This document shows positions 8,869 through 17,180 of a stretch of 26,020 bases of DNA, one piece after another (the first letter of the stretch is position 1; every line of letters starts with the position of its first letter). This DNA is from Chlamydiia bacterium (GTDB lineage Bacteria; Chlamydiota; Chlamydiia; Chlamydiales; JBMOFD01). A program made the position numbers and the translations under genes. The notes under the pieces were generated by a model. The model saw nothing but the letters and a program-made list of their open reading frames with translations, searched no databases and was not told where the DNA came from. The stretch spans positions 1 through 26,020 of the forward strand of contig JBMOFD010000020.1 in assembly GCA_049314435.1 (NCBI GenBank), given 5' to 3'.

Positions 8869-9900
8869 ATGCGTATCCCTCGTCGACCACCAGGTAGTGC
8901 TCCAGAAGTTCCAGGGAATGCACCGTCTCCTCGTCGTCCTAAACCAGTTGACGCTGAGGAAGAGCGGATGGCTCGCCTGGCGGCCAAGTTACAGCCTGCT
9001 GTGGATAGCCCGACCAACCAGACCGAAAAGAAACGGGCCGTGTTCAGTATGGCAACTAAGGGCGAGCCGCCCACTCCCATAGAGAATAAGATTGTCGATA
9101 GCGCAGATCTCTCCTCGGACAGCGATGAAGACGACTCGGTCCTACGAGGCGAGTATCTGTCGATAGAACTTGAGGACCTCGTGGAGCCCACATACAAAGA
9201 GGCCTTCCAGGCTAGGCGGTCGCAAAGCCACGTCGATCGTTTAAAGAGAATACAAGAGGCTTCTTCCTTATCGGAAACACGCCGACAAGACCTCGATAGA
9301 AAGAAAGAGGATCTACGTCGACAAATGCATGCTCGCCTTCCCGCTCTGACCGAAGGTGATATTGATCGACGGGCCAAGGCCGGTGAGCTAAGAACTCATC
9401 TGAGAGCTCGCATCTCCTATGTGGCTGAGGTAGCGCAGGACTGCGTGGATCAGCTACAGGCCGGGCGATCTGGCAAAGGTGACTGGGCTCCTGTGATCTC
9501 CAAACTAAAAACGGCGGGCCGGTCCCAGGCCTTACGGGATGCCGAGCGCATGCTCGCTCTCATTGTTAGCTGCTCAAAGGCGGCAGAGACCGAACTGGAA
9601 GGTCCTATTCAGGATGAGCTTCGCCTCGCGCCCCACATCAAGCATCCTGAAGTCCTCGAAGCGCTCAACGACATGGACTGGCTTCCTACAGCCTGGCTCC
9701 AGTTGGGCTCGCATCAAACGGCTCGGAATGCCGCCGCCCTGCATGCACTCATCACCGAATCCTCCTCTATGATGGATATGCTGAGTCGAGACATCATCGA
9801 ATCTTCAAAGATAGTTCTAGAAGATGATCTTCCAGAAGAGCTCGCCCATAATCCACTTGAGACCTTGCTATGGCTGTTTCGGAAAGTGACCAGACAGTAA
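8869..9900 (+). CDS. Hypothetical protein with a disordered Pro-rich/acidic N-terminus, charged coiled coil and helical C-terminal part
   Basis: 343-aa ORF; PRRPPGSAPEVPGNAPSPRRP, SSDSDEDDS, and an R/K/E-rich helix (ETRRQDLDRKKEDLRRQ). Confidence 0.75.
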   Translation: MRIPRRPPGSAPEVPGNAPSPRRPKPVDAEEERMARLAAKLQPAVDSPTNQTEKKRAVFSMATKGEPPTPIENKIVDSADLSSDSDEDDSVLRGEYLSIELEDLVEPTYKEAFQARRSQSHVDRLKRIQEASSLSETRRQDLDRKKEDLRRQMHARLPALTEGDIDRRAKAGELRTHLRARISYVAEVAQDCVDQLQAGRSGKGDWAPVISKLKTAGRSQALRDAERMLALIVSCSKAAETELEGPIQDELRLAPHIKHPEVLEALNDMDWLPTAWLQLGSHQTARNAAALHALITESSSMMDMLSRDIIESSKIVLEDDLPEELAHNPLETLLWLFRKVTRQ

Positions 9901-10187
9901 CCGCACTAAGAAGATACCATGGGTTGCCCGATCCTTCGGTGGATCGCCACGGCCGCCATGTGCAACCTCGCTTCTCCCACACAGTATTGCCGTTGAAGAT
10001 TGAGCTCATCGGGCACTTGCTCCCTCATGTCACGAAAAGTCTCAACCCATATTTTTTAACCTTGTAGGCAGCGAGGCTTCTCCTCCACACTGAAGCGAGA
10101 GGTTTCCTCCAGCTTCCATTCGATGAATGGGAAGACGTCTTGAGGACCAAAAATCATCCAGATGATAAGCGAGAATAAGGAGCCACT

Positions 10188-10661
10188 ATGATCACCACCC
10201 TTCTACTACTCGTCGCACTCGCCCTAGCATTTGCTCAAGCGAAACCCGTCTGGAAAGAACCTCGCCGTCGCCATGAGGCCCTTCTCCGAAACCTCCTTGG
10301 ATTCTCCATCGGGATCGGCAGCTTCTTCGATGCCTATTTTGCTCTTGCAAGCACAGGGTTCGCTCCCTTTCGCGATATCCAAGCATTCGATCGCCTTACT
10401 GTGGCATGCGTTTTCTTTGGTCTGGGCGTGGCAGGTTGTCTGTGCTTCTACAGGAAGATCTTCTGGTTTGGGACATCCGTTGTAGCAGCAAGCGCACTCA
10501 TCCCCCTGGGGATCTTCAGCCTCATTGCCTGGGGGCCTCTCCGCCTAAGCTCGCAGCTGGGCCTATTGGCGAAGGTCGGGCTTGGTCAAGTGCTCATACC
10601 CCTAGTCGTTCTGGTTCTTATGTTCTTGTATTACCATCGATACGTTAAGGTCGGTCGGTAG
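10188..10661 (+). CDS. Hypothetical membrane protein, possibly a divergent DUF6790-like family member
   Basis: AAGGAG RBS; about 5 hydrophobic segments. The pattern G-x-G-x-x-G-x-L-C...FW-x-x-T...LIP-x-x-x-L resembles my recollection of DUF6790, which is unverified. Confidence 0.7.
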   Translation: MITTLLLLVALALAFAQAKPVWKEPRRRHEALLRNLLGFSIGIGSFFDAYFALASTGFAPFRDIQAFDRLTVACVFFGLGVAGCLCFYRKIFWFGTSVVAASALIPLGIFSLIAWGPLRLSSQLGLLAKVGLGQVLIPLVVLVLMFLYYHRYVKVGR

Positions 10662-10750
10662 CGGCTGCAACCTCTCTTCGCCAGAGAAATCCAATTAATA
10701 TATCGCCCCATTCCTTCGATATAATAAACATCTGTAATTGAGCTGCATCC

Positions 10751-10779
10751 TTGAAATAACTTACCAATATTAGAATAAT
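10751..10779 (+). promoter_or_regulatory. Putative sigma70-type promoter for the 445-aa ORF
   Basis: TTGAAA (10751-10756), N17, AATAAT (10774-10779) in a strongly AT-rich spacer; GGAGG at 10802-10806 precedes ATG 10815. Confidence 0.45.
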
Positions 10780-10814
10780 CTTCACGCCAATAAATATTCC
10801 TGGAGGTTTCTTTT

Positions 10815-12152
10815 ATGATCAACCGATCTCCACCCTCAAGCCCAGTAGAACTACCAGTCTTTGCTAAGTGGGAACGTTCTAGTCAGGCAGAGAATCAATC
10901 CGACTATGAAGAAGACTCTGCCTCCTATTCGACAAATACGGGGAGAGAGGCCGAGCTCACCGGCCTACCCGGGGCGACAGATCCTGTCTCGCTACCGATG
11001 GAAGAGCGGGTGAATCGAGTTCGAGCACTGCTCTCTCAAGAACCCATCACGCCTAGGAGGGCCTACCAAATTCGCAATGAGTTGAACTGGAACTACACGA
11101 CTAGCAGCCTTAGCGTGGTCAGGAGGGTCTTGGAAGGCAATCCACAAATCTTCCAGGGCTGTTGGAAGGAGGGGCCTCGCAAGGTCATGTGGACGCTGCA
11201 TATTTCGTCGTCCAGAGCGGAAAAGCGCTCCATGACGACTGACCAACGGGTTGAGCTGATTAAGGGCTACCTGGCTAGTCACTCCAAGGGGGGGGGCACC
11301 GTAAACCAAATTCGGGATGGATTGGGATGGGAGCCCACTGAGGTCACAAGAGACTTCGTGAGAAAGGCTCTACTTCGACGTCCCAATATCTTTAGGCGTA
11401 TCTCGCAAGGCTATAGGGATACTTGGGCGTTGAAAGGCCCCCCCAAACCAAGACTGTCTGCCAAGAGCAAAGCCAACCACGAAGAGCCTCAAACCACCCT
11501 TACAACCTGTGGAAACGGCTCGAACATAACAACTACGGCACGCACACTCCTTACTGCACCACATTTAGACCAACGAATAGAGCCCGGCAACGAACGACCC
11601 TTAGCAGTATCTATACCGTTGCCTGGGTCCTCCATCACGGGCAAGCGCACCAGGAGCACCACAGCAGCAGAAAAGGGCGCGCCCGCCGTGAAGAGGCGCG
11701 CACCAAGTACTTGCAAGCGGACTCCGGTCAACAGACCGACCTTAACACTACAACAAGGCAATGGTCAGGTGGCCGAGAAAGATAATCAATTTCCTCCCCC
11801 GATGACATCTCAACTCGCTCATGAGCAGTCTTTGGAAGATCACACGTATCGCCCGCCAGAAAGTTGGCTGCCAGCCCTTTCTCCACTAGATCCGCTCGAC
11901 CTCAGACCCATTGAAGATGATTCATACGGGCTGTCATATAGAGCTAATACCGTTCTGTCAGAAATGCAATCATTCCTCTTTCTGGATAGAGAGGTGTTCG
12001 TGGAAACCCTACCGGAACTGGACCAGTACGTCGCCGAATGCGCTCGCAACGGAGACGACCGGCCGCTTAAGCAGTTCCTCGAGTACCAAGCTCAGTATAG
12101 GGTCGCCAACACTAGCTGGGAGTCTGAACTGCTCCAGTGTCCAACCGCGTGA
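10815..12152 (+). CDS. Hypothetical protein with two tandem winged-helix-like repeats, a basic low-complexity region and an acidic C-terminus
   Basis: 445-aa ORF with its own RBS, promoter-like region and downstream hairpin; two 67-aa repeats at a 78-aa period (10998-11198, 11232-11432). Confidence 0.8.
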   Translation: MINRSPPSSPVELPVFAKWERSSQAENQSDYEEDSASYSTNTGREAELTGLPGATDPVSLPMEERVNRVRALLSQEPITPRRAYQIRNELNWNYTTSSLSVVRRVLEGNPQIFQGCWKEGPRKVMWTLHISSSRAEKRSMTTDQRVELIKGYLASHSKGGGTVNQIRDGLGWEPTEVTRDFVRKALLRRPNIFRRISQGYRDTWALKGPPKPRLSAKSKANHEEPQTTLTTCGNGSNITTTARTLLTAPHLDQRIEPGNERPLAVSIPLPGSSITGKRTRSTTAAEKGAPAVKRRAPSTCKRTPVNRPTLTLQQGNGQVAEKDNQFPPPMTSQLAHEQSLEDHTYRPPESWLPALSPLDPLDLRPIEDDSYGLSYRANTVLSEMQSFLFLDREVFVETLPELDQYVAECARNGDDRPLKQFLEYQAQYRVANTSWESELLQCPTA

Positions 12153-12195
12153 CCCCTTCGACGATCCAACAATATAGCGATTACGGCATGGCCAA

Positions 12196-12231
12196 AAAAG
12201 CATGGAACGCGCACCCTCGCTCCATGCTTTT
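12196..12231 (+). terminator. Putative intrinsic (possibly bidirectional) terminator
   Basis: Perfect 11-bp inverted repeat AAAAGCATGGA (12196-12206) / TCCATGCTTTT (12221-12231), 43 nt after the stop at 12152. Confidence 0.6.
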
Positions 12232-12260
12232 ACCGGAACAGAGGTCATCATACTCTGGCG

Positions 12261-13286
12261 ATGCATCCCCGACTCACTCTTCTATCTAGACAGACACCTG
12301 GACAGGCTTGGGAACTTCTTCCTCCGGGGCCAACTGAGCCGTCCATCGGATGGTATGGGGGGATAACATGCAACGGGCACTTGGTCCAGCATCCCCTAGG
12401 GCGGTTCCTCCCTCGCCCACTTCCCGCCCCTGCGGAGATCGATCTAACCACCCCGCATCACGAAATACAATTATCAGACTGGATAAATAGCTGCTCATTC
12501 ACCCTCTCCAATATCTCTCAATTGACTCGAGCAAAATGTGTCCTTGCCCGCTCATCTCTCCTACACAGCTCTGTCACCATTGATCCCTGGAGCTTTCTGA
12601 CACAAAGACATTACCCTCAAAGCAGTTTGGTCCTGTGGACGCCACCCCAGGAGACCGCGCGGCCAACACATTGGGCGGCGGCCACACCAGAGCTACTTTT
12701 TCATCGACAGAACGAGTGGGTTGAGTCGGAAGCTCTAGCGGGCACCCTCCCTAGAAGGTCTGATAACAATGACGATGCGACAGGGCAACAACTGATCTCG
12801 TCCCCGAAGTATCGCTTAGAGTGTGAACTGGTTCGAGACCATATCGTAGAGGTCTTTTCACGCCTGGGAATGACTGACCTGCAGGTGGGGGCCTTAGGGG
12901 TTGTCTCCTACCCGCATCTGATGCACCTTCGGATACGAATTAGAGCCCGTTGGCCACAATATGATGATCAACAGCTTCTGAAGGCTCTGCATCCCACGCC
13001 AGCTGTCTGTGGATTCCCCCAAGATGTTTCTAGTCAGCTAAGGCGCACCATTGAGACAAGGGACCGCGGTTGGTACACAAGCGCCGTTGGCTATAGCACC
13101 CCTCAGCGAGGATGGTTTGCGGTCATGTTACGTTGTGCTGAGATCCTAGACCCTCATACACTCAGACTATGGGCCGGTGCGGGTCTAACAGCGACCTCAG
13201 ACCCTCTAATGGAGTGGGAAGAGCTCAACACAAAGCTGCGCTGGTGCACCCATCCTGCCAAAGTGCGGGTGTTGGAGGTTGTTTGA
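12261..13286 (+). CDS. menF: Isochorismate synthase (chorismate-binding MST family), short and divergent
   Basis: ATPELL, EALAGT, HPTPAVCGFP, RGWY, FAVMLRCA, WAGAGL...E-W-x-E...K; first gene of the men cluster. Confidence 0.85.
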   Translation: MHPRLTLLSRQTPGQAWELLPPGPTEPSIGWYGGITCNGHLVQHPLGRFLPRPLPAPAEIDLTTPHHEIQLSDWINSCSFTLSNISQLTRAKCVLARSSLLHSSVTIDPWSFLTQRHYPQSSLVLWTPPQETARPTHWAAATPELLFHRQNEWVESEALAGTLPRRSDNNDDATGQQLISSPKYRLECELVRDHIVEVFSRLGMTDLQVGALGVVSYPHLMHLRIRIRARWPQYDDQQLLKALHPTPAVCGFPQDVSSQLRRTIETRDRGWYTSAVGYSTPQRGWFAVMLRCAEILDPHTLRLWAGAGLTATSDPLMEWEELNTKLRWCTHPAKVRVLEVV

Positions 13287-13972
13287 TGGATGCTCGAATC
13301 TGGCGGGCAGAGAACTCAGGACCGCGAGTTCTTCTACTGCATGGCTTCCTAGGCCACCCTGATGATTGGGCAGCCACTCGGAAGGCGTTTGGTGCCGTGG
13401 GCGAGTGGACAGCGCCGTTCCTACCCGGGCATGGCGCCCGCCCGCTGCCTGTCGAACTCCCCAGCTACGCCCAGCACCTTGCCAAGCTATCAGGAGGTAT
13501 ACCCTTCGACTACTGCATCGGCTACAGCCTCGGCGGAAGACTGGCCTGTGCTCTTCAGAGCATGGGGGCGGTATGGGGAAAGCTAATCCTCGTTGGAGCC
13601 CGTCCTATACCCGAAGTAGCTCTCGATCGCCTGGCGCGTGATATGCTCCAAGCCGATACGCTTATGCGTGTCGGCTTGGAGCGGTTCTTGGAGAGCTGGT
13701 ACCAGCAACCTCTCTTCCAAGGCCTCCAACTTACAGATGCTTTCCTTGCCCGTCGTCGACTTCACCAGAAGGCACCGTTGGCCACAATCCTGCACAAGTG
13801 GAGTCCAGCACGACTTAGAGTAGCCGCCCACCCCGCCCCAGAAACCATCATCTATGGAGCTCAGGATCCGGTCCGTCCTACAGGCTGTGAACTTATCGAC
13901 AACTGTTCCCACCATGTCCCGGAGATGGCTCCGGAAACACTCGCCCTGCTCTTACGAGCCCGACTCCTGTAA
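13286..13972 (+). CDS. menH: SHCHC synthase (alpha/beta hydrolase)
   Basis: LHGFLG, PGHG, GYSLGGR, FLESWYQQPLF, GAQD and a C-terminal His. True start is ATG 13286 (TGATG overlap with menF, GGAGG at 13274-13278). Confidence 0.85.
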   Translation: MDARIWRAENSGPRVLLLHGFLGHPDDWAATRKAFGAVGEWTAPFLPGHGARPLPVELPSYAQHLAKLSGGIPFDYCIGYSLGGRLACALQSMGAVWGKLILVGARPIPEVALDRLARDMLQADTLMRVGLERFLESWYQQPLFQGLQLTDAFLARRRLHQKAPLATILHKWSPARLRVAAHPAPETIIYGAQDPVRPTGCELIDNCSHHVPEMAPETLALLLRARLL

Positions 13973-13974
13973 TT

Positions 13975-14101
13975 TGGCCGATCAACAAATATCGGCTACC
14001 GATGTAGAGTCCGATAATACATCGATACAAGCTCTCAGTGTGACACTGGTAGATTGAGCCGAATGGCGCCGGCTCGTAGACTCGCCCCTCTTTCGGGAGC
14101 T
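13975..14101 (+). promoter_or_regulatory. Hairpin-dense intercistronic element upstream of menB
   Basis: Four consecutive stem-loops (13975-13998, 14000-14024, 14036-14048, 14055-14076) plus a possible pairing of 14030-14036 with the menB SD region 14095-14101. Confidence 0.45.
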
Positions 14102-14106
14102 GCTCT

Positions 14107-14958
14107 ATGTCAACGACTCTTAGCGAACAATCCTCAACAGTGTGTTGGACAGAGGTTTCTGGCTTCACCGACATCCTCTATCACAAGCACGACGGGATCG
14201 CTCGCATCACCATCAATCGTCCACAGGTGCGGAACGCCTTTCGTCCTCTTACGGTCAAAGAGATGATCGCAGCCTTCACGGATGCAAGAGAGGACCCCTC
14301 TATAGGCGTCGTTCTACTCACCGGAGCGGGACACCAGGCTTTCTGCGCGGGCGGAGACCAGAAGGTACGTGGCCATGCAGGTTACGCGGACGAGGAGGGC
14401 TCTGAAAGCCTCAACGTCCTCGAGCTCCAGCGCCTGATCCGCCAGCTCCCCAAGCCCGTGATTGCTCTAGTGGCTGGTTATGCTATCGGGGGAGGCCATG
14501 TGCTCCACCTAGTGTGTGACCTCACGATTGCGGCTCACAATGCTCAATTTGGGCAAGTCGGTCCCAAGGTAGGCAGCTTTGACGCTGGGTTTGGCATGAG
14601 CTGTCTCATCGAGACGGTGGGATTAAAGAAGGCCAAGGAGATCTGGTTCCTCTGCCGACAGTATTCGGCGGAAGAGGCCGTGAGCATGGGGTTGGTGAAT
14701 AGCGTAGTCCCCTATGAGCAGCTGGAAGAGACTGGCGTCGCCTGGGCGCGCAGGATGTTGCAATACAGCCCGACAGCCCTTCGCTTCTTGAAGTGCTCTG
14801 CGAATGCATGCATGGACGGCGCCGCGGGACTACAAGAACTCGCTGGCAATGCGACCATGCTCTACTACATGACGGCCGAAGCTCAAGAGGGCCGCAATGC
14901 CTTCTTGGAGCGTCGAGCTCCAGAATTCAATAAGATCCCACGACGCGGAGGCACCTAA
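14107..14958 (+). CDS. menB: 1,4-dihydroxy-2-naphthoyl-CoA synthase
   Basis: [71 protein letters not shown]; highly conserved. Confidence 0.98.
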   Translation: MSTTLSEQSSTVCWTEVSGFTDILYHKHDGIARITINRPQVRNAFRPLTVKEMIAAFTDAREDPSIGVVLLTGAGHQAFCAGGDQKVRGHAGYADEEGSESLNVLELQRLIRQLPKPVIALVAGYAIGGGHVLHLVCDLTIAAHNAQFGQVGPKVGSFDAGFGMSCLIETVGLKKAKEIWFLCRQYSAEEAVSMGLVNSVVPYEQLEETGVAWARRMLQYSPTALRFLKCSANACMDGAAGLQELAGNATMLYYMTAEAQEGRNAFLERRAPEFNKIPRRGGT

Positions 14959-14959
14959 G

Positions 14960-15805
14960 ATGTCACCTTGGATTGCGGCAGCTCGCCCTCACACACTCTT
15001 GATAGGGCTCTACCCGGTATGGCTAGGCGCTCTTGCTGCGTGGCAGCTTGGAGAGGTCACCTGGTGGTGGATAGTCCCCGCTATGCTCATAGCCCTCTCT
15101 CTGCAGATAGGGGTGAACTTTCACAACGATCTCCGCGACGGCTTGCGCGGTGCTGATCGCGAGGATCGCATAGGCCCTGCCCGCATGGTAGCCTCTGGAT
15201 GTATCTCTCCGAGGGCCATGCGCTGGGGCGTCATCGGCTGCATGACTCTCGCTCTCACGCTTGGACTTGTTACAGCTGCATGCCGGTTCCCTTGGGCCCT
15301 CCCTGCCATGGCCATATGTGTCCTTGCTGCGCTCTCCTACTCAGCTGGGACGCGTCCTGCTAGCCATCGTGGGCTAGGAGATCTCCTCACTCTTCTATTC
15401 TTTGGCCCCGTTGCCTGTGTGGGCACCACCTACCTCCTCAGTCTTCAGACCACCCCCCTCTCATGGACTCTCGGTTTAGCCTGCGGCTGCTTCTCAGTCG
15501 CCTTCATTGCCATCAATAACATACGAGACATCGATGCCGACCGAAAGATTGGCAAGCAAACCCTGGCTGTCCGCTTTGGAGAGAGTTTCGGACGTTATGA
15601 AATTGCTTCGATGCTCGTACTCCCCTGCCTTCTTGCTTGGACATCTGGAGCCTCCCTTGGCTGCGTATCGCTGCTTTGGAGCGGCCCGTTCATCAAGAGA
15701 ATGCCCACCACTCATGGACCGGCCTGGAATCGAGAGTGGTCCTGTGTGAGCAGGGCCTATGCCGTCTTTGTCCTGGGGGTTACCTCCACACTGCTCCTTA
15801 CGTAG
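14960..15805 (+). CDS. menA: 1,4-dihydroxy-2-naphthoate prenyltransferase (UbiA family)
   Basis: W-x-x-AARPHTL, NFHNDLRDGLRGAD...R-x-GP, GLGD, NNIRDIDAD...GKQTLAVRFG. True start is ATG 14960, 1 nt after the menB stop. Confidence 0.95.
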   Translation: MSPWIAAARPHTLLIGLYPVWLGALAAWQLGEVTWWWIVPAMLIALSLQIGVNFHNDLRDGLRGADREDRIGPARMVASGCISPRAMRWGVIGCMTLALTLGLVTAACRFPWALPAMAICVLAALSYSAGTRPASHRGLGDLLTLLFFGPVACVGTTYLLSLQTTPLSWTLGLACGCFSVAFIAINNIRDIDADRKIGKQTLAVRFGESFGRYEIASMLVLPCLLAWTSGASLGCVSLLWSGPFIKRMPTTHGPAWNREWSCVSRAYAVFVLGVTSTLLLT

Positions 15806-15810
15806 GCTAG

Positions 15811-16785
15811 ATGCTCTCGTTTCGCTGGACCGCCTGCCCACCCGCTGAGGCGGTCCTTCACCGACCCGGTCTGCGTGTGGCGCTTAGGGACTCAGGTGGA
15901 ATTGGCCAGGGAGAGGCGTGGCCTCTCCCTGGCTGGAGTGTCGAGAGCTATGCCGATCTCGAGCGCTTCGTCAGGCAACTACCCTCCCTAGCACCCAAAA
16001 GCTATTGGACCGCCACCTCTCAAAGCAGCGGTCTTCCTACCAGTTTCCGTTGGGCTATCTCACTGGCACTAGAATCTCTCATGGAGCGGCCCCACACGGC
16101 CGAAATAGCGAACTTCAGGGGAGCCGGCCTATTGATCGATACCGATCCCTTGTGGCCCCAACGGCTAGAGCAGTGGACCGCTCTACGTCTACCTGTGGTG
16201 AAGCTGAAGATTGGAGCGAGTTCCGCGACCGACGCCTATGCCATGATCAGCAAAGTCCTAGACGCCTGGCCCTGGGTCCGCTTGCGCCTCGACACCAATC
16301 GAGCCTGGGATCTTCTGACGAGCTACGCCTTGGCGAATGATCTCCCCCGAACACAGCTGGATTACTGGGAAGAGCCTGTGCACCCTAGCCAGCTAGAAGC
16401 GTGGATCTCTCATACTCAGCTGCCCTTTGCTCTAGACGAGTCTCTACGCAGCCCCTCTAGTGAATTGCCCTCGCCTTCTCTTCTACGGAGTGCGCAAGCG
16501 TGGATCCTGAAGCCATTACTCACCGGATCCATAGGAGAGTGTCTTATGTTTCAGGAGCGGGCCCGCGGCTGCGGATGTCGATGCATATGGAGTAGCTGCT
16601 GGGAATCAAGAAGCACGATAGAGAGCTATAGGCTGTGGGCGCCCACTAGCGAAGTGCATGGATGGGGTCCCCTACTGTATGCGCCGCCCTTCACAGCTAG
16701 GAGCGGTGCATACAGCACGGAGATGGATCCTCGGCCCCTGGTAGCTTCGAGCGAAGAGGCTACCAGGGAGCTGCCGATCCTTTAG
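15811..16785 (+). CDS. menC: o-succinylbenzoate synthase (enolase superfamily)
   Basis: GEAWPLPGWS-x-E, KLKIG, LRLDTN, EEP, ALDESL, ILKP; position within the men cluster. Confidence 0.88.
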   Translation: MLSFRWTACPPAEAVLHRPGLRVALRDSGGIGQGEAWPLPGWSVESYADLERFVRQLPSLAPKSYWTATSQSSGLPTSFRWAISLALESLMERPHTAEIANFRGAGLLIDTDPLWPQRLEQWTALRLPVVKLKIGASSATDAYAMISKVLDAWPWVRLRLDTNRAWDLLTSYALANDLPRTQLDYWEEPVHPSQLEAWISHTQLPFALDESLRSPSSELPSPSLLRSAQAWILKPLLTGSIGECLMFQERARGCGCRCIWSSCWESRSTIESYRLWAPTSEVHGWGPLLYAPPFTARSGAYSTEMDPRPLVASSEEATRELPIL

Positions 16786-17039
16786 TCTTCCATGGGAGCC
16801 GCTACAGAGTCCCCCTCACCGGGGGCAATCTGAATAGAAGTTGGCGATGGCTGACCACAGCCGTCCCCATCTCCATATCGAGCGTCCACGGGACACCTCA
16901 TGGGGCCGGACAGCGAACTACCTCCACGGGGAAGGGTAACGTCATCCACGGTAGCCAGGAGTTGTCTTGTCTTTGGGGAAGTGATGACTCCAGTAGCAGC
17001 CATCGCAAAAACCATGAGAAACACTTTAAAGCGGCTCAT
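16782..17039 (-). CDS. Small hypothetical exported protein (85 aa)
   Basis: Signal-peptide-like N-terminus MSRFKVFLMVFAMAATG; AT-rich promoter-like region directly upstream; stop overlaps the menC stop. Confidence 0.55.
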   Translation of the reverse strand: MSRFKVFLMVFAMAATGVITSPKTRQLLATVDDVTLPRGGSSLSGPMRCPVDARYGDGDGCGQPSPTSIQIAPGEGDSVAAPMED

Positions 17040-17060
17040 ATGCGCCTAGTAGTTGATTTA

Positions 17061-17075
17061 GTATTATAATAATAC
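17061..17075 (-). promoter_or_regulatory. Perfect -10 hexamer inside a 7-1-7 palindrome upstream of the 85-aa ORF
   Basis: GTATTAT-A-ATAATAC; TATAAT on the minus strand at 17063-17068, 23 nt upstream of ATG 17039. No good -35 found. Confidence 0.4.
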
Positions 17076-17180
17076 GTATGAACCAAATCTAATTTACGTT
17101 CAACTGTTTTGAATAACTGCTATTTTGCAGATCGAATTTACGCTGACAGTGGATTTAGAAACGGAGAGGATTCTCCCCAT

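Noticed and set aside
13169..13285. Track start of menH at 13169 (likewise menA at 14897)
   Set aside because: These overlap the upstream genes; coupled ATG starts at 13286 and 14960 fit the family N-termini.
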